Sequence record: NC_048046.1
Strand: one strand, 5' to 3'
DNA length: 64,000 bases
Positions 17,202-28,588 of the stretch are shown piece by piece. Each line of letters starts with the position of its first letter. Within the stretch, counting starts at the first letter, position 1. The notes under the pieces were generated by a model. The model made no database searches, was not told the origin of the DNA, and worked only from the letters and a program-made list of their open reading frames with translations. Made by a program: the position numbers and the translations under genes.

Positions 17202-18121
17202 CAGGCGTTCCCCTCCTGCGGGAACAAGGAGGCGATGTAGTCGAACGCTTCCTGACGGCACCGGAAGATACGCATGTTGCGCTTCTCGCACTCCTCTCTA
17301 CCGATCCCCAGCGTACGGTAGCCCCCACGCCCGCGATAAACGCTCCAGCCCCAGATGGAGCGGCCGACCCCCATGTAGCGATACTGAGGGTTGTCCTTCA
17401 CGATGCACGCGAAGACGGTCGGGAAGCAGTCGGACCCGTAGACGGCCCACAGTGGCACGTCGAGCGGCGCCGTATCGAGCGTGAGCGGGATGAACATCAG
17501 TTGTCCAGACGCGCCGCAATCTTGCTCCAAACACCAGCGCGGAAGAAGCAAAAGCCGCACGCGATGCCTAGGAATCCAAACGGCACCGCACCTATGGTGG
17601 GAATGAAGATACCTGCGAAGAACGTCGCTACACCGAACGCAGCGGCAGCGTTCTGCCAGTTGTTCGCCAGCGCGTAAGCTTGATGACGCTTGATGCCCAT
17701 CCCGATCTCCTTCAAGCCACCCGTAAACTCTCAAGCTCCGGCACGCAAGATCACATCTCGCAGGAATGGCAGCCTTCATCACCGAACGTCATCGGCGCCG
17801 GCGGAGGCAAGCCACGGGAGATGAGCACACCACGGCCGCTGAAGCCCATCCGCCCAACGACGGCATCTCGGGCCGTCAGCTTGGGGGCGGAGCGCGCCGG
17901 CGCAGTGCGTTTAGGTTTCGGCTCAGACCGATAGCCCAACTCGGTCGTCAGCACCATCAGATCGCAGATGATGTACTGGCCGAACTTCAGGATCAGCAGG
18001 AAACTCAGCATATAGAGAAGGAGCAACATTGCGCGGGCCTCCGGTTACGTCATAGCGTCGTGTAAAGAAACATATTCCTACGCGCAAGCGAAATCGTAAG
18101 GCGAGCCGCCTCGGAGGAATC

Positions 18122-18442
18122 TTGACCATGTACCCACTTTGGGAATTGTGTCGAGAACCCGACGCAACCTCCACCATACGGAAACCGGTTGCCCATAAGG
18201 GGGAAAACGGTTATTCCACCTACATGACCCAGCTTCATCATGATCCGCAGGTCTACGCTCGCGAACAGGCCGCTATCGCCCATGTGGCGGGAGGGGTCCA
18301 GACGCTGCTGGACCAGTCTGTTGAGGCGACCGATCTGACCGCCATCCTTCCTCGCTCCCTGCGCGCCGAACTCGCGGCCGAGATGGCGCGCCGCCTCGTG
18401 CAAAACCCGATGGCGTACCCTGGAGTCATTGCGGCGCTCTAG
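18122..18442 (+). CDS. hypothetical protein
   Basis: GGAGG RBS; divergent from the promoter at 18061. Confidence 0.6.
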   Translation: MTMYPLWELCREPDATSTIRKPVAHKGENGYSTYMTQLHHDPQVYAREQAAIAHVAGGVQTLLDQSVEATDLTAILPRSLRAELAAEMARRLVQNPMAYPGVIAAL

Positions 18443-18556
18443 ACGAGACGGCTGTCAACACATTTGGCGCTTGACCCTCTGGGTAGCGCTGGTTTACGCA
18501 TAGCCTGAAAGGTTCACTCTGGGTGGACCAAATGGCTTATAGGTAAACCGGGCCTG

Positions 18557-19819
18557 ATGATCGTCTACCCCATCCTCAATCGCATCCGTAAGGGCGAAGC
18601 GACCGCTGAGGAAGCGCGCGCCGGACTGCGTCAGTTGCTGGATGAACACGGGCTCAAGGTCTACACGCACGTCTTCTCCGCTCTGCGCGTCTGGACTCTT
18701 AAGGTGATCACCAGCGGTCGAACCGACACCACGGAACTCAACCGGTGGTTCAGACTCCTGCACGGCGTTTCGGTCACAATGGCGCGGCGCGAACGAGATT
18801 GCCACGATAGCATCGCAGTCGACGTGCTCGCCGAAATCATCTTCGACTACATGTCCAAGCTGATGCGGGATGCCTTCGACGCGGCTGATCCGTTTCATCG
18901 CGAATACCTCGTCCACCGTCGGCTGGGCCGCTTCATGCGGGGCGATCCGATCGACTTCGTGAACCAGCGCCCGCCGGGCGAGATGTCCTGGTCGGGCAAG
19001 GGCGACCAGTGCGTCGAGTTCATCCATGTCCGCCGTCCTGGGACCAGGGACGCCGGCTGGCCCGGCATCACCCGCGACTGGTTCGAGCGCAAGGTCGCCC
19101 TGGAGGGCGATCATGAGATCGGCGCCGGCTTCGACATGCTTCACATGCTGCAAGAGGACGCCGTGACCCAAGTCTCCCTGATCCAGACGCTCCGCGATCT
19201 GCATGACGCCTTCGCGTCCTGGACGGCCCAGACCGTGAAGCAGGAGCAGGCGATCGCGGCGGCCAAGCAGGTGCTCGCCGTAGTCGATGACTATGCTGGC
19301 GAGCCGGACATCTCGTCCGAGAGCCGCGAGGTCATCACCGATATCTTCGGGACGGCCGTGCTGGTCTCGGATAAGCCGGTCCTGTTCACCGTTCATGAGG
19401 TGGACATCATGCTCAAGGCGCAGCGCGCGCTGACGACCCACAGCATCGATCCCGCCGGCATGAAGTCCGCCTTGGAGCGCATCGAGCGCTGGTTCGGCGA
19501 GTTCCCTGACACCGGCAAAAAGCGCGAAGACGGCACTCCGCTGCCGTACTGGTTCTGCTTTGGGTCCAACGGCGAACGCGACTACATGCGCAGCGTCGCG
19601 AGAGCCGCGCTGGCGCGGGTCCCCCCGTCCTTCGAGGACGCGGTGGTCGAGTCGATCCGCGAGTTCGCCGATCAGGTGTTGAGCGCGGCCCAGGACTGCT
19701 GCACCGACCCGGATGCCGGCCCGGACGCGACGACCACGGTGCGGTTCACCGGCGAGGAGGGATGTGAGATCGGGACCGCGCTGCATCGGTTGGTGGGCGC
19801 GGTGGCGAAGGGCACCTGA
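18557..19819 (+). CDS. 420-aa hypothetical, probably multi-domain
   Basis: Long ORF heading an overlap chain. Confidence 0.7.
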   Translation: MIVYPILNRIRKGEATAEEARAGLRQLLDEHGLKVYTHVFSALRVWTLKVITSGRTDTTELNRWFRLLHGVSVTMARRERDCHDSIAVDVLAEIIFDYMSKLMRDAFDAADPFHREYLVHRRLGRFMRGDPIDFVNQRPPGEMSWSGKGDQCVEFIHVRRPGTRDAGWPGITRDWFERKVALEGDHEIGAGFDMLHMLQEDAVTQVSLIQTLRDLHDAFASWTAQTVKQEQAIAAAKQVLAVVDDYAGEPDISSESREVITDIFGTAVLVSDKPVLFTVHEVDIMLKAQRALTTHSIDPAGMKSALERIERWFGEFPDTGKKREDGTPLPYWFCFGSNGERDYMRSVARAALARVPPSFEDAVVESIREFADQVLSAAQDCCTDPDAGPDATTTVRFTGEEGCEIGTALHRLVGAVAKGT

Positions 19820-20214
19820 TGAAGACGCTCAATCTCCATCGTATCCGCACCGGCAACGCCGATCCGTTCGAAGCCGGCCTGTTGATCGCCGAGCACCTCC
19901 ACATGGGTAGCCGTGGGCATCTCTCGCTGTATGGCGCGCTGAGCCAGCAGACGATCCGGATCGTGCGGGGCGAAGTCGCCTTTGGAGAAGCCTGGGAGTG
20001 GCGGTACATCTTGCGTGCGGTCCGTGACCAGTTTCGCCGGCAGGGCTCCGATTACGTCGGTCAAATGGACGCCCTGCACGATTTGGTCGATTGGGCGATC
20101 CGGGAGCGTGAACAGTTGGATCGTGCTGGCCGTCTCGATCGCCGTGACCACCTCGGCCGACCGGAGGTCCCACCGGCGGCAGCCGGTTGCGAGACGCGGA
20201 GCGGCGAGCAATGA
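19819..20214 (+). CDS. hypothetical protein
   Basis: TGATG overlap. Confidence 0.6.
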   Translation: MKTLNLHRIRTGNADPFEAGLLIAEHLHMGSRGHLSLYGALSQQTIRIVRGEVAFGEAWEWRYILRAVRDQFRRQGSDYVGQMDALHDLVDWAIREREQLDRAGRLDRRDHLGRPEVPPAAAGCETRSGEQ

Positions 20215-20438
20215 ACACCCTCAGAGGCATCTGGAACGGTCTGCTGATCGTGATCGGCCTGACCACGATCGGCTGCATCCTGGCCCGCTTCGTCGTGGAC
20301 CCCTACGTCCGCTGGCTCGAACCGATCATCGCCGAATATGGTCCGGATACGGCGCTGCTGATCACCCTACTGATCGCATGTGCGGCGTTGGTCGTGCTCC
20401 TGTCGGCAACCCATTTTCTGGGACGAAAACGCTCATGA
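20211..20438 (+). CDS. small two-TM membrane protein
   Basis: Two hydrophobic segments; ATGA overlaps. Confidence 0.6.
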   Translation: MNTLRGIWNGLLIVIGLTTIGCILARFVVDPYVRWLEPIIAEYGPDTALLITLLIACAALVVLLSATHFLGRKRS

Positions 20439-20647
20439 CCAAAGAGACCCGCGTCGGCTTCATGTGCATGACCGACTTCGACGACGAACTGGAGAACGCG
20501 GCCGGCGGCAACAAGGTCTATCCGAGCATGGAAGACCTGAAGAGCAACGCGTCGTGCTGGGACACCTGCGGCGTGGTGCGGGTGACGGTCGTCCGCGAGG
20601 AAGTCGTCGTGCCTCAGAACCTCTTCCCGCAGCGGAGCGCACCATGA
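20435..20647 (+). CDS. conserved small phage protein (YMC.TDF..EL..A.GGNKVYPS..DL..C type)
   Basis: FMCMTDFDDELENAAGGNKVYPSMEDLK..C..CGVVRV. Confidence 0.6.
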   Translation: MTKETRVGFMCMTDFDDELENAAGGNKVYPSMEDLKSNASCWDTCGVVRVTVVREEVVVPQNLFPQRSAP

Positions 20648-21084
20648 CCCTCGTCCGCGACGGCGCCTTCCATTGGCTCAATAAGATGACGCGTCGCGAG
20701 CGCATGCAGGTCTTCGACAAGCAAGACCCCGCGCCGCCGCCCGGCCGTCCTTACACGACCGAGGAGAAGGAAGCCTTCATGGCGCTCGGCGCGCCGCCTA
20801 GGGACCCTCCTCCCATCGTGGTGCGCGGCCGGCGCATGGATGTGATCCAACGAGATCGTGCGCGGGACATCGACCTCCTGCTGCGCCCGTTCGTCAGCGA
20901 TGCGTTGAGCTACTTCGAAGGTAAGCCCTTCGTGTGGCCTCTGTCGCGCGCCTTGGCTGAAGCGCTAGTAGGCGCCCAGGGCTTCGACCGCAAGCGTGCC
21001 TACCTGATCGGCAAGCTGCTTCAGGAAGAAGCGGTGCGAGCCGGCTACCAACCCGAAACTCCTCCTGAGGAACACGCTCCATGA
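20644..21084 (+). CDS. hypothetical protein
   Basis: ATGA overlap chain. Confidence 0.6.
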   Translation: MTLVRDGAFHWLNKMTRRERMQVFDKQDPAPPPGRPYTTEEKEAFMALGAPPRDPPPIVVRGRRMDVIQRDRARDIDLLLRPFVSDALSYFEGKPFVWPLSRALAEALVGAQGFDRKRAYLIGKLLQEEAVRAGYQPETPPEEHAP

Positions 21085-21353
21085 GCGAGAACCTGATCGA
21101 GCGCATCAATGCCCTCTCGAACGACGCGGTCTACATCGCGTCGCTTCAGCACTTCGGCGTCGTCATGATGGGTAAGCCGATCCTGATGGCGCCGTCGAAC
21201 GACCGCCAGCAGAAGGCGTTCGACGAACTGCTGGAGGCAGGTTTCGTCCACGGCGACGTAGAGCGCGGCGTGTACGGATATCGGTCGACCTTCGACGGCC
21301 GAGAGGCGCACCCTTACTGCGTCGCGGCGCTGGCGGGGCATCCGGATGACTAA
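21081..21353 (+). CDS. hypothetical protein
   Basis: GAGGA RBS, overlap chain. Confidence 0.6.
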   Translation: MSENLIERINALSNDAVYIASLQHFGVVMMGKPILMAPSNDRQQKAFDELLEAGFVHGDVERGVYGYRSTFDGREAHPYCVAALAGHPDD

Positions 21354-21549
21354 TCGATCCAAGGTCATCCCGAACGGCACGCGGGTCATGGTGAATTATC
21401 CTGAGGTCTCGCGGACACCCTATGAGGGTGAAATCTTGGAGTATTGTGCGGAGCATAATACTTATCGAGTTTCGATGGTGTCTGCTCCGCATTACGACCC
21501 ATGGCTGGACAGAGATCGACTTGAAGTGATCTGGAGCCTCATGGAATGA
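21346..21549 (+). CDS. small SH3/Tudor-like beta-barrel protein
   Basis: IPNGTRVMV.Y...YEGEILEY...YRV pattern. Confidence 0.4.
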   Translation: MTNRSKVIPNGTRVMVNYPEVSRTPYEGEILEYCAEHNTYRVSMVSAPHYDPWLDRDRLEVIWSLME

Positions 21550-21779
21550 TCGACCCTCTCATCACCTGTCCGCACTGCTGCGGCGTGTTCCAGCCTGATC
21601 CGGAGCAGGTTGATCTCGCGGCCGTCGAAGGGCTCGCAATGCAACTCTATACGCGAACGGGTCCTGGGCCTAACTGGCAGCAGGTGGAGCCGGACGATCG
21701 TGCGTACTGGCGAGATGTGGCGCGCCGGCTGCTTGTCGAAGCGGCCGAGCAGATGACCGATGCCGATGATGACGATTGA
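21546..21779 (+). CDS. hypothetical protein with N-terminal CPHC
   Basis: Overlap chain. Confidence 0.5.
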   Translation: MIDPLITCPHCCGVFQPDPEQVDLAAVEGLAMQLYTRTGPGPNWQQVEPDDRAYWRDVARRLLVEAAEQMTDADDDD

Positions 21780-22083
21780 GCAGGCCAACTTCTGGGGCGC
21801 CGTGCTCCCTCTCGTCTTCTGCGCCCTAGCCTTCATCTGGTTCTTCGAGGGCTGGAAGAAGGATGCGCAGGCACGTGCGCAGCGGGACCGTGAAGAGCGC
21901 TGGCGCCGGGCCGAGGAACGTACTGCCTGGGAGCGTGAGGAGCGAGAGTATCAGCGCCGGCGCGCCCGTACGCCGGAGCAGCGCGTCGCCGATGATGTTG
22001 CCCTGGCTAAGCGTATTCGCCGCGAGCGAGAGCGCACCGAACGTCGCATGGACCGCGCGCTGATTCACGGCGAGTCCGACTGA
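21760..22083 (+). CDS. membrane-anchored charged coiled-coil protein
   Basis: N-terminal TM followed by an R/E-rich helix. Confidence 0.55.
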   Translation: MPMMTIEQANFWGAVLPLVFCALAFIWFFEGWKKDAQARAQRDREERWRRAEERTAWEREEREYQRRRARTPEQRVADDVALAKRIRRERERTERRMDRALIHGESD

Positions 22084-22421
22084 TGGGTCGTCCTTACGAT
22101 CACCAATACTACTGCGACACCGGGTCTCGTCATGGCGAGATGCGTTGCGGCGGTTGCGGAAAACCCATCACCGAAGGTCCATACCGCGTCTACAAGCGCA
22201 CCAAGGCCTATGACTGGTACTACGTCACCTTCCATCGGGCCTGCTGCGAGGATGATCCGCAGTGGGCGAAGCTGGACGCTGCGCGCGAAGCTTCTCTGGC
22301 TCGTGACCAGCGCCTGTACGCGGCGGCCGTACGGTTTCGCGACAAATGGCAGGTCGATGATCTGGACGACCTGATCGAACGTCTTTCACCTCCTGCTGAA
22401 GAGAATACCCATGGGCTGTGA
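22083..22421 (+). CDS. Zn-ribbon-like protein
   Basis: CGGCGKPI ... HRACC. Confidence 0.55.
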   Translation: MGRPYDHQYYCDTGSRHGEMRCGGCGKPITEGPYRVYKRTKAYDWYYVTFHRACCEDDPQWAKLDAAREASLARDQRLYAAAVRFRDKWQVDDLDDLIERLSPPAEENTHGL

Positions 22422-23133
22422 CATCCACTTCTATGTTGAGCGCCGAGTCGACGGCGTCTGGCAGGCGGCCGACACCTGGGTCGACGACGGCTATGGCGAC
22501 AAGGGCGTCGAACAACTTCACGTCCCCTACGACGCCCAATATTACTCGGACCGCGACTACGAGTTTTTCGGCATCCTGGCCGGCGTGCGTCGTCCTCAGG
22601 CGAGCCCGCCCGTCGCGAACGAGGGCGTTCCGGGTGATGCTTGTCCTGAGTATTTGGCCCTGGTCGAGCGCATGGTCGGTGACGCGCACTCCCACTCGTT
22701 CTTCACGCTCGCGGAGTTCCTCGCGTACGACTGGACGCAGGAGGCCAAGTTCGAAGGCTGGATCAGACTGAACGAATGGGTGCGCTGCCGCAATAACGCG
22801 GATGGCCCGGAAGTTTACAGCAGAGGTGTGGCCGGCGGTACGATCCGTCACTGCACTATGGAGCAGTTCGAGGAGGCGTGGCAGACGCTATGCCAGGAGA
22901 AGGGCTGGCCCGAATCCGCGAGACCGCGCTGGAAACTCAACCCCTCCGATGTGCTCGATCCGGGCATGATGCGCATGGTCAAGCTACTCGGCGGTGGTGA
23001 TCCGTACTGCCACTACAAGTGGTCAGTCCCTTACTACAAGTCGGCGCGCCGGTTCTGGAGCGACGTACTCCCGCGTCTGCTGCGTCTGGGCAAGCCGGAA
23101 GACGTCCGCTGCGTCTTCTTCTTCGACAACTGA
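22411..23133 (+). CDS. conserved phage protein (MGCDIH family)
   Basis: MGCDIHFYVE start, R.Y..F..LAGVR, HSHS...L.E, C-terminal R.VFFFDN. Confidence 0.75.
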   Translation: MGCDIHFYVERRVDGVWQAADTWVDDGYGDKGVEQLHVPYDAQYYSDRDYEFFGILAGVRRPQASPPVANEGVPGDACPEYLALVERMVGDAHSHSFFTLAEFLAYDWTQEAKFEGWIRLNEWVRCRNNADGPEVYSRGVAGGTIRHCTMEQFEEAWQTLCQEKGWPESARPRWKLNPSDVLDPGMMRMVKLLGGGDPYCHYKWSVPYYKSARRFWSDVLPRLLRLGKPEDVRCVFFFDN

Positions 23134-23140
23134 GGCTGAC

Positions 23141-25060
23141 ATGGACCCGAGCAAGATCGACCACGAACGTCAGGCCCGCGTAAGCGCGGAGCGTGAAGCG
23201 CGCCGCGTCCTAGAGGGGCGTAAGCGGGACATGCTGAACGAAATCGACGATCTCGAACACACGATCGGTATCTTCGGCACCGGTATGGGCACGGAAAACG
23301 CGCGCCGCGCCTATCAGGGCCTCGCCCGCCTCAAGAAGTTCGTGGAGGATCAGTGATGGGGTTCACCTGGGTCTGTCCTGAGTGTCAGGTGCTAAACGGC
23401 CACACGATGGAATGCTCGTGTCCGCCGGTCCCCTCGTATCGCGAGTCGCAGGAGGCCCAGCGCCGCGTCGCCACCGAGCAGCAGGCGGAACGCGATCGCC
23501 GGGAGTCGATCAAGTGTCGCGCGCTGGATGAGATCGACGACATCCGTGTGGCCATCGACACCGACTTCGCGCGCAGCATGCTCGGCCGTCCCCAGGTCGA
23601 CGATATCAAGCGGAGCCTTGACAAGCTGGGCACCATAGTCACGGTGGAGCTATGATCGTTTTCACCTATTATGGCCGATATGTCGACCTGTCGAAGGTGG
23701 TCTCCATCTCGCCGCTGCGGTATGGTGATCGTTTCTCCATCCACATGATGGGCTGCCCGACGCATGTTATCGTTCTCGCTGACGTAAGCGAGGATGAAGC
23801 GCAATATGTGCATCCTGACCTGCTGAATCATTTGAAGTCATCGCGAAGAGACGCGCCGTCGAAGGAGGCTTTGGCCAAGGTCGTCCTTCTGCATAGCTCC
23901 TTCATCGCTCAGTGGCGAGACTACGTGGCATCCCGCGAAGCTGCTGCCGTAAAGATCATGGATGCGGTCCAGCGCAACCCTACGGCCGCCGTCATCCTTG
24001 CGGAGATGCTCCACAAGCTGACACCTCAGGAAGCGCCATGACCCAGATCATGAAGCCCGCTGACCGCCACAAGTGGCTGCTCGACTACATCGCCGCCCTG
24101 CCGCCGCAGGAGACGGTCGACGTCTGTAGCGCCGACTTCGTGAACGACTACCTAGATGCGACCAAGGCGTCGGCCTACATCCAGCCATACGGCGCCCACC
24201 GCTGTCCGAGCCTCGGCCGCGACCTGTCGGCGCTCTACAAGCAGCGCCGGCTGAAGCGAGAGCGCAGCAGCATCGAAGGGATGGGCGGCATGGGCTTCCC
24301 GACCTGGGTCTGGTGCTACCAGCTATCCCGCATGGAGCGCATGTTCCGTGAGAAGGGGCCTGAGGCCTTCCTGGAGTATTGAGCCGATGATCCTCTACGA
24401 GAAAACGTGGCGAAACAAGGAGCCGCGCGAGCATTCCATCTTCACGGCGATCTCGTCGGCCGTCACGCCTGATCCGTACTCCTACAACAACGCCGGCGAA
24501 CGCGCCGATCGGACGGTCGACAATCTGATCGAGATGTTCGCCCGGCTGGTGGAGGAGCTTCATACGGACGGGCAATTGACGAACGCCCAGGTCGTCAAGA
24601 TCGTCGGTCGCGGGTTCTTCGAGACGAAGGCGCAGGCCGAATGAGCATCACGTCCGAGCAGCAGGCGCACGCGGACGAAATCGCGCCCCTCCTGGAGATG
24701 TTCCTGTGCCTCGGCGCGATGTACATGGAGATGCACCAAGATCGCGACGGCATGCTGGCGGTCCAACCGCACCTGACCAGCTTGGCTAAGGAGACTGCCT
24801 ACGCCCTGGCGAAGTCCGAAGGCGTTCGCGAGGATCGCGTCGTCCAACTGGTCAAGGCGATCTCGGGCGTGATCCGCGTTGACGGGGACGAAGAGGCGTG
24901 CCGCGACGCATTTGAAGCGATGTACCGTCGGCGCTATATGGCCTATCCCGCCTCAGTTCAGGACAATCTCTTGCAGCGTCGGCCGACCGGTAACTACAGG
25001 CAGTACGAGACCTATCGCGACTACGAGTTCTTCAAGGCAGGCTTTGAAGCAGCGCGCTAG
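23141..25060 (+). CDS. chain of six short hypothetical genes (23141-23356, 23353-23655, 23652-24041, 24038-24382, 24387-24644, 24641-25060)
   Basis: Tight start/stop overlaps, ORF track. Confidence 0.6.
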
Positions 25061-26144
25061 AGGTCGATACGGGCGCGCTGCTCATCTGAGAGCATATGCC
25101 AGCACCGCGAGGTTCGCGCCACCTCGGACATGTACCCAGCTTCTACCTGCGAAATATGGTCCAGGAGGGCGATGAACGTCTCCGCCGTGGGGAAGTGCCG
25201 ACTCAAGGCTATATCGGCTTTCTCGGACGCGTTATGGGCGTCCAGCGTGTCGTTTGCTTCGTAGGCGAGGGCGGCGTCGCGGGATGCGGTCGCCAACTCG
25301 CGGAGTTGCTTGAGCTTGAGGGGCTCGATCATGCTGGGTTCTCTCTAGCGAGGCGTTCGACGTAATCGCGCATTCCGGCGCTGCTGGCATAATGCCACGT
25401 CCACGGCACCTGCTCGGGCCGGGCGCCGTTGAACCGGCACAGCCACGCAAAGCCCTCCGGCGAATGCGGGTACTGCTCGGCCGATGGCTGGAAGCCGGTC
25501 ATGCGGAAGCACGCGGCGACCTGCGCCGGCGTCAGGTTGGGATCGCGGACAGCCTTCAGCTTGACCTTGACCTCCTCAGGCGCGACGGGCGCCGGCGGCT
25601 CGATCTCGTAGCCGGCCTTGCGCAGGAGCTTGATCGCGGCGGCGATTTCAGGCGTGGGCTTCGTCATCACCTTCCTGCTCGAACACGTACTCAGCGATGT
25701 CGCACAGACGGAAGAACCCGTGCCGGCGGATCGAGCGATTTTCGGGCAGTGCGAACCAGATGCTGTTCGCGACGCTGATCATCTTGCGCGCGTCGCCAGC
25801 ATCGCGCGCGGCCTTCAGCGCTTCAAAGGCGCTCGGCTCGAACTTCTCCAGATAGTAGCTGAAGTCGTTCAGGTAGTCCTTGAGGACGTCTTCATTGCTG
25901 TCGAAGATCGAGAAGATTGCTTTGCTGTCGGCGTCGGTCACGAGATCACCTCGACGGTCACGCGGACCTTCTTGCCCACGAACTGGTTGAAGGTGACGTG
26001 CTCCTTCTTCTCGTCCCAGCTTTGCAGCCGGACGAACATGCCGTTCGCCTCGTGCGGGTTGTGCTCGAAGCCCTCGGCGATCAGGGCCATACCGCCGTCT
26101 TCCTTCTTGGGGTCCACGACCCCTTCCATCACGACCTTCATCAC
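25057..26144 (-). CDS. chain of four short hypothetical genes (25057-25332, 25329-25670, 25648-25941, 25938-26144)
   Basis: Tight overlaps, ORF track. Confidence 0.55.
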
Positions 26145-26458
26145 GCCTCCTCGAAGTTCTGGCCAGCATGTCCGGCGTCGATGAACTCGCGCGCCGTCAT
26201 GCCCTCGTATTCGTCGATCTCGCCCGGCTCCGGGCCACTATCGCAGCCCTTGCCGATGCCCAGGCGTTTCGCGTACAGATCGCCGTCCGGCAGGCTGAGC
26301 GCGCCGCAACTGGACTTCCCGTCCGTCCAGACCAGAAGTCGACAGGGCTCTCCCATCGGCGATCCGTGCATCTGTCCGATGCCGCACGGTACCGCGACGC
26401 AGCAGAGGCCGCAGCCGGTGCAGGGCGCGCCTTCAGCGGGCTTGCGGTACTTGTCCAT
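26141..26458 (-). CDS. CxxCxxCC (YkgJ-like) Fe-S/Zn-binding protein
   Basis: PCTGCGLCCVAVPC ... PC ... C ... GCDS. Confidence 0.65.
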   Translation of the reverse strand: MDKYRKPAEGAPCTGCGLCCVAVPCGIGQMHGSPMGEPCRLLVWTDGKSSCGALSLPDGDLYAKRLGIGKGCDSGPEPGEIDEYEGMTAREFIDAGHAGQNFEEA

Positions 26459-27734
26459 CAGCAGTCCATCATGAGCGCGAGCGCCAACGGCGAGCCTTGC
26501 TCCGCACCGAGGCTGTAACGGCCGAGCTTGTCGAAGGGCAAGGCCTGGGGATTGGCCCTGATGTCCCAGGCCAAGCCATCACGCCCGATGATCTTGACGT
26601 CCAAGTCATCGTCGAGGTCGGCGATGGCTTGGCGCAGGTCTTTGATCTTCATTGCGGAGCCGCCTCCTTCAGCGCTTCCAGGCCGGCGGGCGTCATCTGG
26701 TACAGCATGTAGAAGTACCGACGTTCGCCCCGGACCTGCTCGGACTGCTGGGCGCTGCGGAGCAGGCCGCGCCGCACGAGGCTCCCGAACAAGGCCGCCG
26801 AAAAGCCGCTAGGACGCCGCGTCCACTTTTGCTGCGCATCTCCCGTATAGGAGCGCAGGTGGGACAGCGCCTGGATGTGCCGTTCGGTCAGGCCGGACAC
26901 GGTTCGGCCAGCATGTCGAGGTTGAACCAGTGGCCGTTGTCGGTAGCGGTGACGTACATGCCGCTGCCGCTAGTCGTGAAGCAGTAGCAGCGATCGCGCT
27001 CGCTCCAGAAGACCGGCGGATAGCGGCCGTAGTCGACGCCCAGGCGCTTGAGCATCGCGGAAAGCTGGGCCGCACGGGCTTTGCCTTCAGCGCTGTCTTT
27101 CGTCTTTTCGATCTCGATCCAGACGCGATTGTTCATACTTTTCCCTCCGTGATTTCCGACATGCGATCCGCCTTCTCGGCGGCGAGTTGCTTCAGCCGGT
27201 CCTTGTAGGGTCGCACAGCCTCAGCGATGAGCAGTTCGATCTCGGCCTCGCGCGCCGCGATGTCCTGGAAGACTTCGATCGCGGCGAGGCGCGCGGCCTC
27301 GGCTTCCTGGCGCGAGGCGTAGCGGCCCTTGATCAAGTCCTTGAGCCCGCGCTGCGATCCGGCGCCCGAGGGATAGGGACGCATCCACGTCTTATCGGTC
27401 TCCGAAATCATGTGCGTCACGGCCCAGCGTTCGGGCTGGTCCCACCAACCGCCGTTGTGGACCTTGTGGAGGACCCAGCAGACGTAGTCGCCCTTCGGGT
27501 CCGGACCATCGTCGCGGAAATCCGGCATCTTCATGCGGCGACCTCCAGCGCGAGACGGTCGTGGCCGTCCTGGGTTACGATCAGCCGGCGATGACCGGTC
27601 TCGCCTTCGCCGAGTACGAGCCAGCCGAGCGCGGCGAGATGGCCCTGCTCGCGCTGGAACTGGCAGGAGCACGGACGCGGTTCGGTCGCGATCTGGCGCA
27701 GGGCCTTGAGGAGGGTGTTGACCTGCATCGCCAT
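26458..27734 (-). CDS. chain of five short hypothetical genes (26458-26652, 26649-26900, 26888-27136, 27133-27534, 27531-27734)
   Basis: Tight overlaps, ORF track. Confidence 0.55.
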
Positions 27735-28588
27735 CAGTCCTGTCCTTCCAGGCCGAGCGCGCGATACAAGATCAGCGCGGCTTCACGCCGGCCATGGTCG
27801 GGATCGTTGTTCGGGTCCATGTAGGGGCTCAGCGACAGGAGGGCGTGACGCAGCGTCGGATCGCGCCGCGCAGCCAGGATTTCACCAAGCACGGTTCCCT
27901 TTTGGTCCGTCGACAGACACAGGCCGCTCCAGTCAGGGATGCCGACCGAGGCGTCACCACCGTCGAACTCCATCCCCACGTTGGCGAACGGCTTGTCGGA
28001 TTCCCAGGCGTCGGGCCAGTCGGGCATGTCGTCGACCGGGCCATGGATTTGCTTGATCGAGCCCAGCGCCTCCTGCACAGCGATGTCCGTGCGTAGTGCG
28101 TCGGTCCATAGGCGCTCGATCTCCTGGGCTTCAGGATCGATCGTGATCTCGCGGCGAACTGCCACCATGATCAGGACGCAACCGCCTTCGGTGTCCTCCA
28201 CAGTCATCCCATGCGTCTCTTCATGGTTGAACTCGTAGATCACGCCCAGCTTCGCTTCGACCTCGGCGTTGCCCGCCTCGATCACCGTACGCCCGGTCGG
28301 CAGGATCACCGGAATGACATAGGTGTTCGACTGGAAGACCTCGGGGGTCAGCAGGTCGGTGTGCGGCTCGGCGCCCTGAGCGGCCGAGAAGTAGACGTAG
28401 TCGAGCCGCGCACGGGCTACGCCGATCAGGTTCGCGATGTCGTCCAGCAGATCGCCGGCGATGTCAGCGGTCAGCGTATTCTTCTGGAACCGCGCCGGCG
28501 TGGTGGTCTTGTAGTTGAGCATCCGGATCGGCTCGGCGGCAGCGATCACGGCCTCAGGAATGTAGACTTTGCCGTGGATCGTGATCAC
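27734..28588 (-). CDS. 2OG-Fe(II) oxygenase-like N-terminal domain fused to an unknown domain
   Basis: AEPHTD ... YVIPV ... EFNHEETHG supplies an HxD...H triad; GTG 28588 with AGAAGGA RBS. Confidence 0.45.
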   Translation of the reverse strand: MITIHGKVYIPEAVIAAAEPIRMLNYKTTTPARFQKNTLTADIAGDLLDDIANLIGVARARLDYVYFSAAQGAEPHTDLLTPEVFQSNTYVIPVILPTGRTVIEAGNAEVEAKLGVIYEFNHEETHGMTVEDTEGGCVLIMVAVRREITIDPEAQEIERLWTDALRTDIAVQEALGSIKQIHGPVDDMPDWPDAWESDKPFANVGMEFDGGDASVGIPDWSGLCLSTDQKGTVLGEILAARRDPTLRHALLSLSPYMDPNNDPDHGRREAALILYRALGLEGQD

